64,000 nucleotides of DNA from Desulfobacterales bacterium. GTDB taxonomy: Bacteria; Desulfobacterota; Desulfobacteria; Desulfobacterales; UBA5852. A model generated the notes under the pieces. It had not been told where the DNA came from. It saw only the letters and a list, made by a program, of their open reading frames with translations, and searched no databases. The translations under genes were made by a program, and so were the position numbers. Below are positions 38,423-47,081 of this stretch, in pieces (positions within the stretch are counted from its first letter, which is position 1; the number at the start of each line of letters is the position of its first letter). Location: assembly GCA_963674755.2 (NCBI GenBank), contig CAXXVS010000001.1:256001-320000 (forward strand). Direction: 5' to 3'.

Positions 38423-39268
38423 ATGGTTTTCGGATACAGCACGAATGCTTATGTCAACTATTCGGTCCAAGAGTCCTTGGCACGCATCGCTGCGTTGGGC
38501 TTCAGGGGGGTGGAGATCATGTGCGACCGTCCCCATCTTTACCCGCCCGATTTTGACGACGGCGCCCAGGCGGATCTCAAATCCGTTCTCGACACCCACC
38601 GTTTGCATGTCACCAATCTCAACAGCTTTACCCTGTTTGCCGTGGGTGACACCTATCTGCCGTCCTGGATCGAGCCGGAGGCTGAACGCCGGGCCATCCG
38701 CGTCAAGCACACCCTGGAATGCCTGCAGGTCGCCCGCGCCTTGGGGGCCGGTAATATTTCCGTTCCGCCGGGGGGGCCGCTGGAGAAAAACATGACTCGC
38801 CAGGAGGCCTTCCGGCATTTTTTCGACGGGCTGGAGCAGGTGCTTCCGGTGGCGGAGGCGTTGGGCGTCAAGGTGCTGGTGGAGCCCGAACCGAACCTGC
38901 TGATGGAGAAGACGTCCGAATTCAAGCCGTTTATCAGGGAAATCCAATCGCCCATGGTCGGTCTCAATTTCGATATCGGCCATTTTTTCTGCGCCGGCGA
39001 GGATCCTGCCGTGGCCCTGGAAGAATTGTTCGAATGGATTGGGCACATGCATGTGGAAGACATCGCGGCCACGCGCGAACACAACCACCTCATTGCCGGT
39101 CTGGGGGCCATCGATTTCGAAGGCGTGTTCCAGACGATGGAACGTTTGGGGTACGACGGCGATATCAGCCTCGAGCTTTACCCCTATGTCGACAGGCCGG
39201 ATGAGGCCGGGCAGAAAAGCCGGGACCACCTCCTGCCGATCTTTGCGCGTGCCGGGTACGAGGTATAA
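38423..39268 (+). CDS. sugar-phosphate isomerase/epimerase (xylose-isomerase-like TIM barrel)
   Basis: VEPEP, NFDIGH, HMHVED, H.HL..G.G.IDF, SLELY. GAGGAG RBS. Confidence 0.88.
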   Translation: MVFGYSTNAYVNYSVQESLARIAALGFRGVEIMCDRPHLYPPDFDDGAQADLKSVLDTHRLHVTNLNSFTLFAVGDTYLPSWIEPEAERRAIRVKHTLECLQVARALGAGNISVPPGGPLEKNMTRQEAFRHFFDGLEQVLPVAEALGVKVLVEPEPNLLMEKTSEFKPFIREIQSPMVGLNFDIGHFFCAGEDPAVALEELFEWIGHMHVEDIAATREHNHLIAGLGAIDFEGVFQTMERLGYDGDISLELYPYVDRPDEAGQKSRDHLLPIFARAGYEV

Positions 39269-39351
39269 ACTTTTTTTACGATCTTCATAAAAAATATTAA
39301 TAAATTTAGATTTTTATTGTCGTTTGGCGGCGATAAACACCCGGTATTTGG

Positions 39352-39381
39352 CCCGCCGGCCAAAAATTTTTGCCCGGCGGG
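39352..39381. promoter_or_regulatory. 30-bp near-perfect palindrome, candidate activator-binding site
   Basis: CCCGCCGG-C-CAAAAATTTTTG-C-CCGGCGGG, about 200 bp upstream of a sigma54 motif. Confidence 0.4.
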
Positions 39382-39574
39382 TGTTTTCTCCCCCTGGATC
39401 CATCCAAACCCCTCTATTGACTCCCATCGCCAATATTTTGACTTTGCTTCTGCTCCGGACGCATCATCTTGTGGCCCCGGGATTCCGGGTAGCTATTTCT
39501 AACTTGCTGACAACGCACCAAAAACAGACCTTAAGCAGCATTTTGATAAAAATAGGGTAAGAAATTTTAAGAAA

Positions 39575-39590
39575 AGGCATGGGTATTGCT
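39575..39590 (+). promoter_or_regulatory. putative sigma54 (-24/-12) promoter
   Basis: AGGCATGGGTATTGCT has exact GG-N10-GC spacing and is close to TGGCACG-N4-TTGCW. AT-rich context. Confidence 0.6.
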
Positions 39591-39672
39591 TTGCCCCATG
39601 AGTAAGATTCATTGATTAAATCGTTGGTGGAAATTAGGTTTATAACCCCTTCCCCAGAAAACGAGGTGTCAT

Positions 39673-39864
39673 ATGATTTCTTCTCCATGCCGCGATTGTG
39701 AAAACAAACATCTGCCCAAAGACGAGTGTCTCGAGACCTGCCACAAGTTGGAAGCGATCCGCCGTTTGCAGTTCAGCCGGCGGGAAATCAGAATATGCCA
39801 GGCCGTGGATTATTCCGATGACAATCGCTTTTTGATCGGGCACGAATATCGCCCCTGTGCTTAA
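39673..39864 (+). CDS. 63-aa cysteine-rich hypothetical protein
   Basis: GAGGTG RBS; SPCRDC-x9-CLETC; 6 Cys in total. Confidence 0.7.
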   Translation: MISSPCRDCENKHLPKDECLETCHKLEAIRRLQFSRREIRICQAVDYSDDNRFLIGHEYRPCA

Positions 39865-39866
39865 AG

Positions 39867-40088
39867 CGCGATGCCGGGCGGCATGGGATGCCTTCGCGGC
39901 CATGATCCGGCATACCGTCTGCGTCATACCGTATGATAGATAAGACCATCGGGTAAGATCCTGGCCGCATCCCATCGCCCGGCGCGTGATCGAATCCCTC
40001 AGATCAAGGCGTTCCCTTTGCAAGGCCATTGCCATACCTCCTCACCTCCCTCGAAAAAAGGCCTGCCGGATTCGGCAGGCCTTTTTTT
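39867..40088 (+). ncRNA. candidate structured RNA / 3'-UTR element (rod hairpin plus CU-rich anti-SD tract)
   Basis: Extensive nested complementarity 39867-39986; ACCTCCTCACCTCCC at 40036-40050; ends in a terminator. Confidence 0.35.
40054..40088. terminator. bidirectional intrinsic terminator
   Basis: AAAAAAGGCCTGCCG-GATT-CGGCAGGCCTTTTTTT. Confidence 0.85.
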
Positions 40089-40193
40089 GTGTGGTGTATC
40101 GCCGGCCCCATGATACGGCTCGCAGGATTTGACGGCCGGGCCTTATGTAACGCAAGGTGGAATATTCGATGTGGCGTTATGGGAGAAAGAAGG

Positions 40194-40454
40194 ATGCTTC
40201 GCAAACAGGTTTGCCCGGGGCTTGTCGTTGTCATGATGCTGATGGCGCCCGCCGTCGCCGGGGCCGTGAGGGCGCAGGCCGAAGACGAGATCACTTATTT
40301 GCTGGACGCCATTGCGGCCTCGAACTGCCGTTTTAAAGGTCATGGGGCCCTCCGCATTTGCAAGGTGAACGGCGAGACTGATCAAGCCACAGGCCATAAG
40401 GACAGGCCCGATCAGCAGTTTTACGGTTTGGGGGCCTATCCGATTTTTCCTTGA
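40194..40454 (+). pseudogene. probable truncated DUF5329/YfeK-like exported protein
   Basis: Signal peptide then EITYLLDAIAASNCRF. Resemblance stops where the family normally continues with xRNG. Confidence 0.4.
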
Positions 40455-40477
40455 AGACCGCATGGCGTTTCCTCCGG

Positions 40478-41911
40478 TTAGCCGTGCAGCGGCCGACCGA
40501 CCGCTTTCAGGGCGGTTTCGCCGATGATCTCGGCCAGGGTGGGGTGGGCATGAATGGTGCCCGCCAGGTCTTCCACCGTCAGTCCCTTGTTCACGGCCAG
40601 GGTGCCTTCGGCGATCAATTCGGTGGCGTGGGGACCGATGATATGGACCCCCAACACCTGGCCCGTGCGCGTTTCGGACACGATTTTGGCCTGGCCGGCG
40701 ATTTCGCCCAAGACCTGGGCCTTGCCCAGGGTGCGGAACAGCACCTCATCGGCCCGGACGGCATGGCCGGCGGCCAGGGCCTGGGATTCCGTCAGGCCCA
40801 CCGTGGCCACCTCCGGCGATGTGAAGATGGCGCCGGGAACGGCATGGTATTCCATCCGGCGGTCGCCATCCAGGACATTGTCCGCAGCCACCAGACCTTC
40901 GGCGGAAGCCGCGTGGGCCAGCATGACGCGGTTGGGCCCCAATACATCTCCTACCGCGTAAATGCTCGGATCGGCGGTCTGCAGGCGGTCATCGGTTTTG
41001 ACCCAGCCCCGTTCGTCAAATTCCACCCGGGTTTGTTCCAGGCCGATACCGTCGGTATTGGGCGTTCGGCCCACGGCGACCAAAACCGTATCCACCGCGA
41101 TTTCGACGGGCGCTTTCTCTTTGGCCGAAGGGGTTTCATTGAAAGGTGAGGGTCCGATAACGGCCCGCAACCCGTCCTGGGTTTCGCCGACGGACCGGAC
41201 CGCACGGTGGGTCATGCAGGCGATACGGCGCTTTTTCATTTCCCTCTGCAACACTTTGCTGCAGGCCGCATCCACCGACGGCAGGGGCAATAAGCGGTCC
41301 AGGGCTTCCACGATGGTGACCTGGGCGCCCAAGGTGCCGAAGATGTGCGCAAACTCGCATCCGATGACGCCGCCCCCCACGATCAGGAGCGATGGCGGCA
41401 CGCGGTCGAGGGCGAGGGCGTCATTGCTGGAGAGAATACGCCGGCCGTCCACGGCCAGGCCGGGGAGGTCCATGGGGCGCGAGCCGGTGGCCAAGATCAG
41501 CCGGTCCCACGTCACCACGGCGTTCGGGCCTTCGGGCGGTCTAATCTCGGTTACACCGGTCTTCAGGATTTTGGCGGTACCTTGGTGGTAGCGGATACGG
41601 TGATGGGCGAAGAGGCTGTGCAGGCCTTTGATCTGGTCCTGGATCACCTTCTCCTTGCGGGCCATCAGGCGGGTCATATCGACCGTCGCGGGGCCCGGCA
41701 GTTCGATGCCGAAATCGGCGGCCCGGCGGCAATCCGCAAAGCGCTCGGCGGCGCTGATGAGCACTTTGGAGGGGATGCAGCCCCAATTGAGGCAGGTTCC
41801 GCCGGGGGCTTCCTTTTCGATCAGGGTGACGTCGGCGCCAAGCTGGGCGGCACGGACCGCCGCCACGTAACCGCCGGGACCGGCGCCCATGATGCAGATG
41901 CGTTTGGCCAT
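40478..41911 (-). CDS. lpdA: dihydrolipoamide dehydrogenase (probable glycine-cleavage L protein)
   Basis: GAGPGGY, GGTCLNWGCIPSK, HAHPTLAE. Divergent from gcvT. Confidence 0.93.
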   Translation of the reverse strand: MAKRICIMGAGPGGYVAAVRAAQLGADVTLIEKEAPGGTCLNWGCIPSKVLISAAERFADCRRAADFGIELPGPATVDMTRLMARKEKVIQDQIKGLHSLFAHHRIRYHQGTAKILKTGVTEIRPPEGPNAVVTWDRLILATGSRPMDLPGLAVDGRRILSSNDALALDRVPPSLLIVGGGVIGCEFAHIFGTLGAQVTIVEALDRLLPLPSVDAACSKVLQREMKKRRIACMTHRAVRSVGETQDGLRAVIGPSPFNETPSAKEKAPVEIAVDTVLVAVGRTPNTDGIGLEQTRVEFDERGWVKTDDRLQTADPSIYAVGDVLGPNRVMLAHAASAEGLVAADNVLDGDRRMEYHAVPGAIFTSPEVATVGLTESQALAAGHAVRADEVLFRTLGKAQVLGEIAGQAKIVSETRTGQVLGVHIIGPHATELIAEGTLAVNKGLTVEDLAGTIHAHPTLAEIIGETALKAVGRPLHG

Positions 41912-42144
41912 CACGCTTCTCCTTGCCGGGGGAATCCGATGGGGATTGCGGCCCGATCAACGCTATCAGATCCACCATCAGGATCAACCATAATAAATCA
42001 TGCCTACGGAAACTAAAATAGGGTTGCTTATTTCATAAAAAGTGAATATCAAAATTTATGAATCAATCAAATTAATAAAAGTTTTTGACCGGTCTTACAT
42101 GGGGCCGGATTGCAGCCGCCATTCCATCGACCATTACGCCTTAC

Positions 42145-42289
42145 CAGGCTGTGGATAACCAACAGGTCGAAAGGCAAGGCGCCGTTTCGCAGGGACGGGC
42201 TTCACCTTGGCCTATAGGATCAGCTGAGAACTCCCGCAGCGCGGGACAACGCCGCATTTCGGCCTGAGGCGCCGTTTATCCACCGTCTG
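42145..42289. repeat. ~145-bp MITE-like element with terminal inverted repeats
   Basis: CAGGCTGTGGATAA (42145-42158) and TTATCCACCGTCTG (42276-42289) match at 12 of 14 positions as an inverted pair. Internal hairpins, no convincing gene. Confidence 0.5.
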
Positions 42290-42497
42290 CTAGGGCGGCC
42301 GGCGCGTAGGTTGTGATTGGGGCTTGTCATGCCCAACGGACAGCTGCTATGTCCGCCTAGGGCACAATCGCAGCCTTACCCCTCGTAAATTGCAGTCCGA
42401 ACCGAGCTCGCTTGCGAACGCTTTTTCTCCTCTCTGTCTTTTGATCCGTATCGAGGCGGATGCCAATGCCAGCCCTATTCCGACAGGAGATGCACCC

Positions 42498-43769
42498 ATG
42501 GCCCCTCTCCAAACGCCCCTCTATGCCTGGCACACCGCCCACGGCGCCCGCCTGGCAGTTTTCGGGGGCTATGATATGCCCCTGTGGTACGGTTCGGCCA
42601 AAGATGAACATCTGGCGGTCCTGACCCACGCCGGGCTCTTTGACACCAGCCACATGGCCGTCGTCATGGTGGATGGCCCGGAGGCTTTCGATCTGCTCCA
42701 GTTTTGTTTTACCACCGACCTGGCGGCCTGCCTGGGACCTCGCAAAGCGCCCCTCAAACCGGGACGCGCGGTCTATGGGGCTTTTCTGACCGAGGCGGGT
42801 CATGTCCTTGACGATGCGATCGTGTTCATGCTGGGCGGGACCTCCTTCATGGTGGTGGTCAATGCGGGTATGGGCCCGGCCGTGGCGCGTCATTTGACGG
42901 ATTGCCGGCGCGGTGGCCAGGCCGAGGTCAGGGACCTCTCCGGCCAGGTGGGCAAGATGGATGTCCAGGGGCCGCTGGCGGCCACGATCATGGGGGAGGT
43001 GTTGCGGGAGCCGGAGGCGGTCTTCGAGGGGATGCCCTATTTCGCGTTTAAGGGCGGGTTCGGGGAGAGACCGCCTGCCGTGGGCGCGGTGGTCACCCGT
43101 GACGGCGTGCCGCTGCTGCTGTCCCGCACAGGGTACACCGGGGAGTTCGGTTTTGAGATCTTCACCGCGGCCGATGCCATTGCCGGTGTCTGGGAGACGA
43201 TTGTCGCCACCGGCCAGCGCTACGGCGCCATCCCCTGCGGGCTGGCCGCCCGGGATTCGCTGCGGGCCGGGGCGGTGTTGCCCTTGTCCCACCAGGACAT
43301 CGGGGCCTGGCCTTTTTGCCATCACCCCTGGCCGTTTGCCCTGCCATACATGCCGGACAAAAGCCAATTTTCCAAGCCGTTTCTGGGGGGCGCGGCCCTG
43401 GAACCCTGCCAGGCGCCCTTTACTTATCCTTTTGTGGGCCAAGACCTGCGCAAGGTGTCCCCGCCGGCGGAGGTGCTCGACCAAGATGAGCGGGTTCTGG
43501 GTCAGGTGTTGACCTGTGTCACGGATATGGCCATCGGATGGCACGCCAATCGTGTGGTCAGCGTCGCCAGTCCGGATCGGCCCCCGGACTTCAGGGCCGG
43601 TGGCCTAAGCTGCGGATTCGTCAAGGTGGCGGACCCTCTGCCGTGGAACACGACATTGATCCTCAAAGACAAGCGCCGGCAAATTGCCGTCCGTGTCGTG
43701 AAAGACATTCGACCGGACCGAACGGCTCGCCGACCTATTCAAACGATGCTGCAACCAAAGGAGGAATGA
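42498..43769 (+). CDS. gcvT: glycine cleavage T protein (aminomethyltransferase)
   Basis: TPLY..H...GA....FGGY.MP..Y, LFDTSHM, VVNAG, SRTGYTGEFGFEI, GLAARDSLR. Confidence 0.9.
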   Translation: MAPLQTPLYAWHTAHGARLAVFGGYDMPLWYGSAKDEHLAVLTHAGLFDTSHMAVVMVDGPEAFDLLQFCFTTDLAACLGPRKAPLKPGRAVYGAFLTEAGHVLDDAIVFMLGGTSFMVVVNAGMGPAVARHLTDCRRGGQAEVRDLSGQVGKMDVQGPLAATIMGEVLREPEAVFEGMPYFAFKGGFGERPPAVGAVVTRDGVPLLLSRTGYTGEFGFEIFTAADAIAGVWETIVATGQRYGAIPCGLAARDSLRAGAVLPLSHQDIGAWPFCHHPWPFALPYMPDKSQFSKPFLGGAALEPCQAPFTYPFVGQDLRKVSPPAEVLDQDERVLGQVLTCVTDMAIGWHANRVVSVASPDRPPDFRAGGLSCGFVKVADPLPWNTTLILKDKRRQIAVRVVKDIRPDRTARRPIQTMLQPKEE

Positions 43770-43772
43770 TCC

Positions 43773-44174
43773 ATGAAAGAACTCAGTGAACTCAACCTGC
43801 CCGAAGACGTCCGCTACACCAAGGATCACGAGTGGGCGCGCCGCAAAGGGGAGACTTTCCAGATCGGCATCACCGATTTTGCCCAGGATCAACTGGGCGA
43901 CATCGTTTTTGTCGAATTGCCGGAGCCGGGGGACGTCTTCCAGAACGGGGACGAATTCGGCACGGTGGAGTCGGTCAAGGCGGTCTCGGAGCTGTTCATG
44001 CCTTTGGGCGGTGAGGTTGCGACCGTCAATGCCGCGCTGGAGGATTCCCCGGAACTGGTCAACAACGCTCCCTACACCGAGGGCTGGATGCTGGAGATCG
44101 CGGCCTCCGATCCCTCCGAGTTCGATCAGATGATGGACCGCGAGGCGTATCTTGAGATGCTGAAAGGATCGTAA
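43773..44174 (+). CDS. gcvH: glycine cleavage H protein
   Basis: YTKDHEW, GITDFAQDQLGD, lipoyl site VESVKAVS. Confidence 0.97.
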   Translation: MKELSELNLPEDVRYTKDHEWARRKGETFQIGITDFAQDQLGDIVFVELPEPGDVFQNGDEFGTVESVKAVSELFMPLGGEVATVNAALEDSPELVNNAPYTEGWMLEIAASDPSEFDQMMDREAYLEMLKGS

Positions 44175-44176
44175 GA

Positions 44177-45508
44177 ATGAGATACTTATCCCATACCCCT
44201 GAAGACCTGGCCGCCATGCTGCAGGTCGTGGGCGTGAAGGATCTGGAAGGACTCTTCCGCACCATCCCCGAGGACTGTCGACGGACGGCTCCCCTGGATC
44301 TTCCGGAAATGACCGAGTGGGAGTTGAACGATCACATGGCCCGGCTGGCCGACCGGATGGTCTCCTGGGCCGATTATAAAACGTTTGCCGGTGCCGGGAG
44401 CTATCATCACTACATCCCGGAGGTTACCCGCTCTCTGCTGAGCCGTTCCGAATTCGTCACGGCCTATACGCCCTACCAGCCGGAAATCAGCCAGGGGACC
44501 TTGCAGGGCATCTTCGAATACCAGACCCTGGTGTGCCGTCTGCTCGGAATGGAGGTGGCCAATGCTTCCCTCTACGACGGGGCTATGGCCGTAGCTGAGG
44601 CGCTGCTCATGGCGATCCGCATCGGTCGACGGAAGAAGACCGTGGCGGTTTCCACCCTGGTCAACCCTTACTACCGCAAGGTGGTGGAAACCTATCTGGC
44701 GCCCACCGAATTCAACGTCGTCTGGCTGCCCTACCGCCCGGACGGCACCACCGATCTTTCCGGCCTGGACGCCATCGCGGATCTGGCCGGCGTGGCGGTG
44801 CAGTCTCCCAATTTTTTGGGCGGCATCGAAGATCTGGCAGCCGCCGGCAAAGCCATCCACGACCGGGATGCCATTTTTATTACCTGTTTCAGCGAGCCCT
44901 TGGCCTACGGGATTCTGAAGGCCCCCGGTGCGCTGGACGCCGACATCGTGTGTGGCGAAGGCCAGAGCCTGGGCATTCCCCAGTCCTTTGGCGGGCCGGG
45001 GCTGGGCGTGTTTGCGGCCAAGCAGCAATATGTGCGCAATCTCCCGGGCCGTCTCGTGGGCCAGACCGTGGATGCCGACGGCAAACGGGGCTTCGTGCTG
45101 ACGCTTTCCACCCGCGAGCAGCATATCCGGCGTGAGAAGGCGACCTCCAATATCTGCTCCAATCAAAGCCTGTGCGCCATGGCGGCCGGCATGTACATGG
45201 CCGCCCTGGGGGGAACCGGCTTTCGGGAGTTGGCGCAGCTCAATCACGACAAGGCCGAATATCTGAAATCCGCCCTCCAGGCGGCGGGCCTGGAAATTCC
45301 CTTTGCGAGCACCACCTTCAATGAATTCGTGGTGAAACTCCCGAAGGGTTTCGACCAGAAGTGGCAGGCCCTGCTGCAAAAGAAGATTCTGGCCGGCATT
45401 CCTATGGTTTGCTACTACCCGGAGCTGGCCGACCATTATCTTTTCTGCGTGACCGAAACCCGTAGCAAAGACGACATGGATGCGCTCGTCAAGGAGGTGC
45501 AAGCATGA
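44177..45508 (+). CDS. gcvPA: glycine dehydrogenase subunit 1
   Basis: TAYTPYQPEISQG, ANASLYDG, TREQHIRREKATSNIC. Confidence 0.96.
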   Translation: MRYLSHTPEDLAAMLQVVGVKDLEGLFRTIPEDCRRTAPLDLPEMTEWELNDHMARLADRMVSWADYKTFAGAGSYHHYIPEVTRSLLSRSEFVTAYTPYQPEISQGTLQGIFEYQTLVCRLLGMEVANASLYDGAMAVAEALLMAIRIGRRKKTVAVSTLVNPYYRKVVETYLAPTEFNVVWLPYRPDGTTDLSGLDAIADLAGVAVQSPNFLGGIEDLAAAGKAIHDRDAIFITCFSEPLAYGILKAPGALDADIVCGEGQSLGIPQSFGGPGLGVFAAKQQYVRNLPGRLVGQTVDADGKRGFVLTLSTREQHIRREKATSNICSNQSLCAMAAGMYMAALGGTGFRELAQLNHDKAEYLKSALQAAGLEIPFASTTFNEFVVKLPKGFDQKWQALLQKKILAGIPMVCYYPELADHYLFCVTETRSKDDMDALVKEVQA

Positions 45509-46959
45509 ACGAAAGCATCGGCACACGCGGACTGATTTTAAACGAGCCCTTTCTGTGGGAGCGCGGCCGCAAGGGGCGCAGCGGCTATTCGCTGCCCCGG
45601 CGGGATGTGGACCCGGCACCGCTGCCGGAGCACCTGGCCGGTGAGGGCCCGGATTTCCCCGACCTGAGCGAAGTCGAAGTGGTGCGCCATTACACCCGGC
45701 TTTCCACCTGGAATTACGGGGTGGATTCCGGCATGTATCCCCTGGGCTCCTGCACCATGAAATACAACCCCAAAACCAACGAACGCCAGGCCTCCCTGCC
45801 CGGCTTCGCAGGGGCCCATCCTCTGGTGCCGAGTGAATTGTGCCAGGGGGCCCTGCAGCTGATCTATGAGCTGGAGCACTATCTGGCCCATGTGGCCGGC
45901 CTGGAGGCCGCCACGGTACAGCCGTCGGCCGGCGCCCAGGGGGAATTGACGGGAATGCTCATATTCTCGGCTTACCACCGGGACCGGGGCAAACCACGCA
46001 CCAAGATCCTGATTCCGGATACCGCCCACGGCACCAACCCGGCCAGCGCCGCCCTGTGTGGGTTCAAGGCCGTGCCGGTGGAGACCGGACCGGACGGGGT
46101 CCTGTTGCCCGAGGCGGTGGAAGCGCTCATGGACGAGGATACGGCCGGGATCATGGTGACCAATCCCAACACTCTGGGCCTGTTTGAAACCCATATCCAG
46201 GCCATTGCCGCCATCGTACATGCCAAGGACGGCCTGGTCTATGCGGACGGGGCCAACATGAACGCCGTCATGGGGGTGGTGGACTTCGGCCGGGCCGGCG
46301 TGGACGTGCTGCACATCAATCTGCACAAGACCTTCTCGACGCCTCACGGGGGCGGCGGACCGGGTTCCGGCCCGGTCTGCGTGGGCAAACGCCTGGCGCC
46401 TTTCCTGCCGGCCCCGCGGGTGGTGAAAACCGGCGAGGGCTACCTGCTTTCCGAAGACTTTCCCAAAAGCATCGGCAAGCTGCATGCCTTTTACGGCAAC
46501 TTCGGGATCATGGTACGGGCCTACAGCTACATCCTCTCCATGGGGCCGAAGCTGAAAGATGTCAGCCAGCATGCGGTCCTGAACGCCAATTACATCAAAG
46601 AGCTGCTCAAGGATGTCTATCATCTGCCCTTCGACGTGCCCTGCATGCACGAGTGCGTCTTTACGGACAAGTTTCTCGAGAAGCATAAGGTGACGACCCT
46701 GGACGTGGCCAAACGGCTGATCGATTACGGCTTTCATCCGCCGACGATCTACTTCCCGCTGGTGGTTCACGGGGCCATCATGATCGAGCCCACGGAATCG
46801 GAGTCCAAGGAGACCATCGACCAGTTCATCGCCACCATGCGGGCCATCGCCCAGGAGGCCCAGGAGGATCCGTCCCTTCTGCAGCAGGCCCCCCATAAGC
46901 CCAAGGTGCGTCGGATGGACGAAACCGCCGCTGCCCGCAAACCCTGCCTGAGAGGATAA
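45505..46959 (+). CDS. gcvPB: glycine dehydrogenase subunit 2
   Basis: YPLGSCTMKYNP, AHGTNPASA, PLP lysine HINLHKTF, PHGGGGPG, EPTESE. Confidence 0.96.
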   Translation: MNESIGTRGLILNEPFLWERGRKGRSGYSLPRRDVDPAPLPEHLAGEGPDFPDLSEVEVVRHYTRLSTWNYGVDSGMYPLGSCTMKYNPKTNERQASLPGFAGAHPLVPSELCQGALQLIYELEHYLAHVAGLEAATVQPSAGAQGELTGMLIFSAYHRDRGKPRTKILIPDTAHGTNPASAALCGFKAVPVETGPDGVLLPEAVEALMDEDTAGIMVTNPNTLGLFETHIQAIAAIVHAKDGLVYADGANMNAVMGVVDFGRAGVDVLHINLHKTFSTPHGGGGPGSGPVCVGKRLAPFLPAPRVVKTGEGYLLSEDFPKSIGKLHAFYGNFGIMVRAYSYILSMGPKLKDVSQHAVLNANYIKELLKDVYHLPFDVPCMHECVFTDKFLEKHKVTTLDVAKRLIDYGFHPPTIYFPLVVHGAIMIEPTESESKETIDQFIATMRAIAQEAQEDPSLLQQAPHKPKVRRMDETAAARKPCLRG

Positions 46960-47004
46960 AACGGTCTGGGCGAGGGGTCTTGTAAATATGGATGACCCTC
47001 CTTG

Positions 47005-47040
47005 CGGGGAGCGCAAAGCCGGACCCCTTTGCGCTCCCCG
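47005..47040. other. perfect 14-bp stem-loop after gcvPB
   Basis: CGGGGAGCGCAAAG / CTTTGCGCTCCCCG. No U-tract on either strand. Confidence 0.6.
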
Positions 47041-47081
47041 ATCAAAGCGGGATTTCGCAAATCACCGGATAACGATAGGCC

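Noticed and set aside
39867..39986. 6S or SRP RNA
   Set aside because: No SRP GGAA/AGCAG domain IV motif. Shorter than 6S, without a clear central bubble or zapA/ygfA context. Kept only as an unknown candidate.
39640..40035. 131-aa minus-strand ORF with strong SD
   Set aside because: It fully overlaps the better-supported 63-aa ORF and the rod hairpin, has no motifs, and starts just after a bidirectional terminator. Not fully excluded.
42170..42240. c-di-GMP-I or glycine riboswitch upstream of gcvT
   Set aside because: A hairpin is present but the conserved GGCAAA...GAAA...GACGCAAA and GGAGA...CCGAAG...CUCAGG cores are not.
42150..42284. Replication origin suggested by DnaA boxes
   Set aside because: Only two boxes, which form the inverted ends of a short element. 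No dnaA/dnaN/gidA context.
47005..47040. Intrinsic terminator after gcvPB
   Set aside because: Strong stem but no U-tract on either strand; listed only as a stem-loop.
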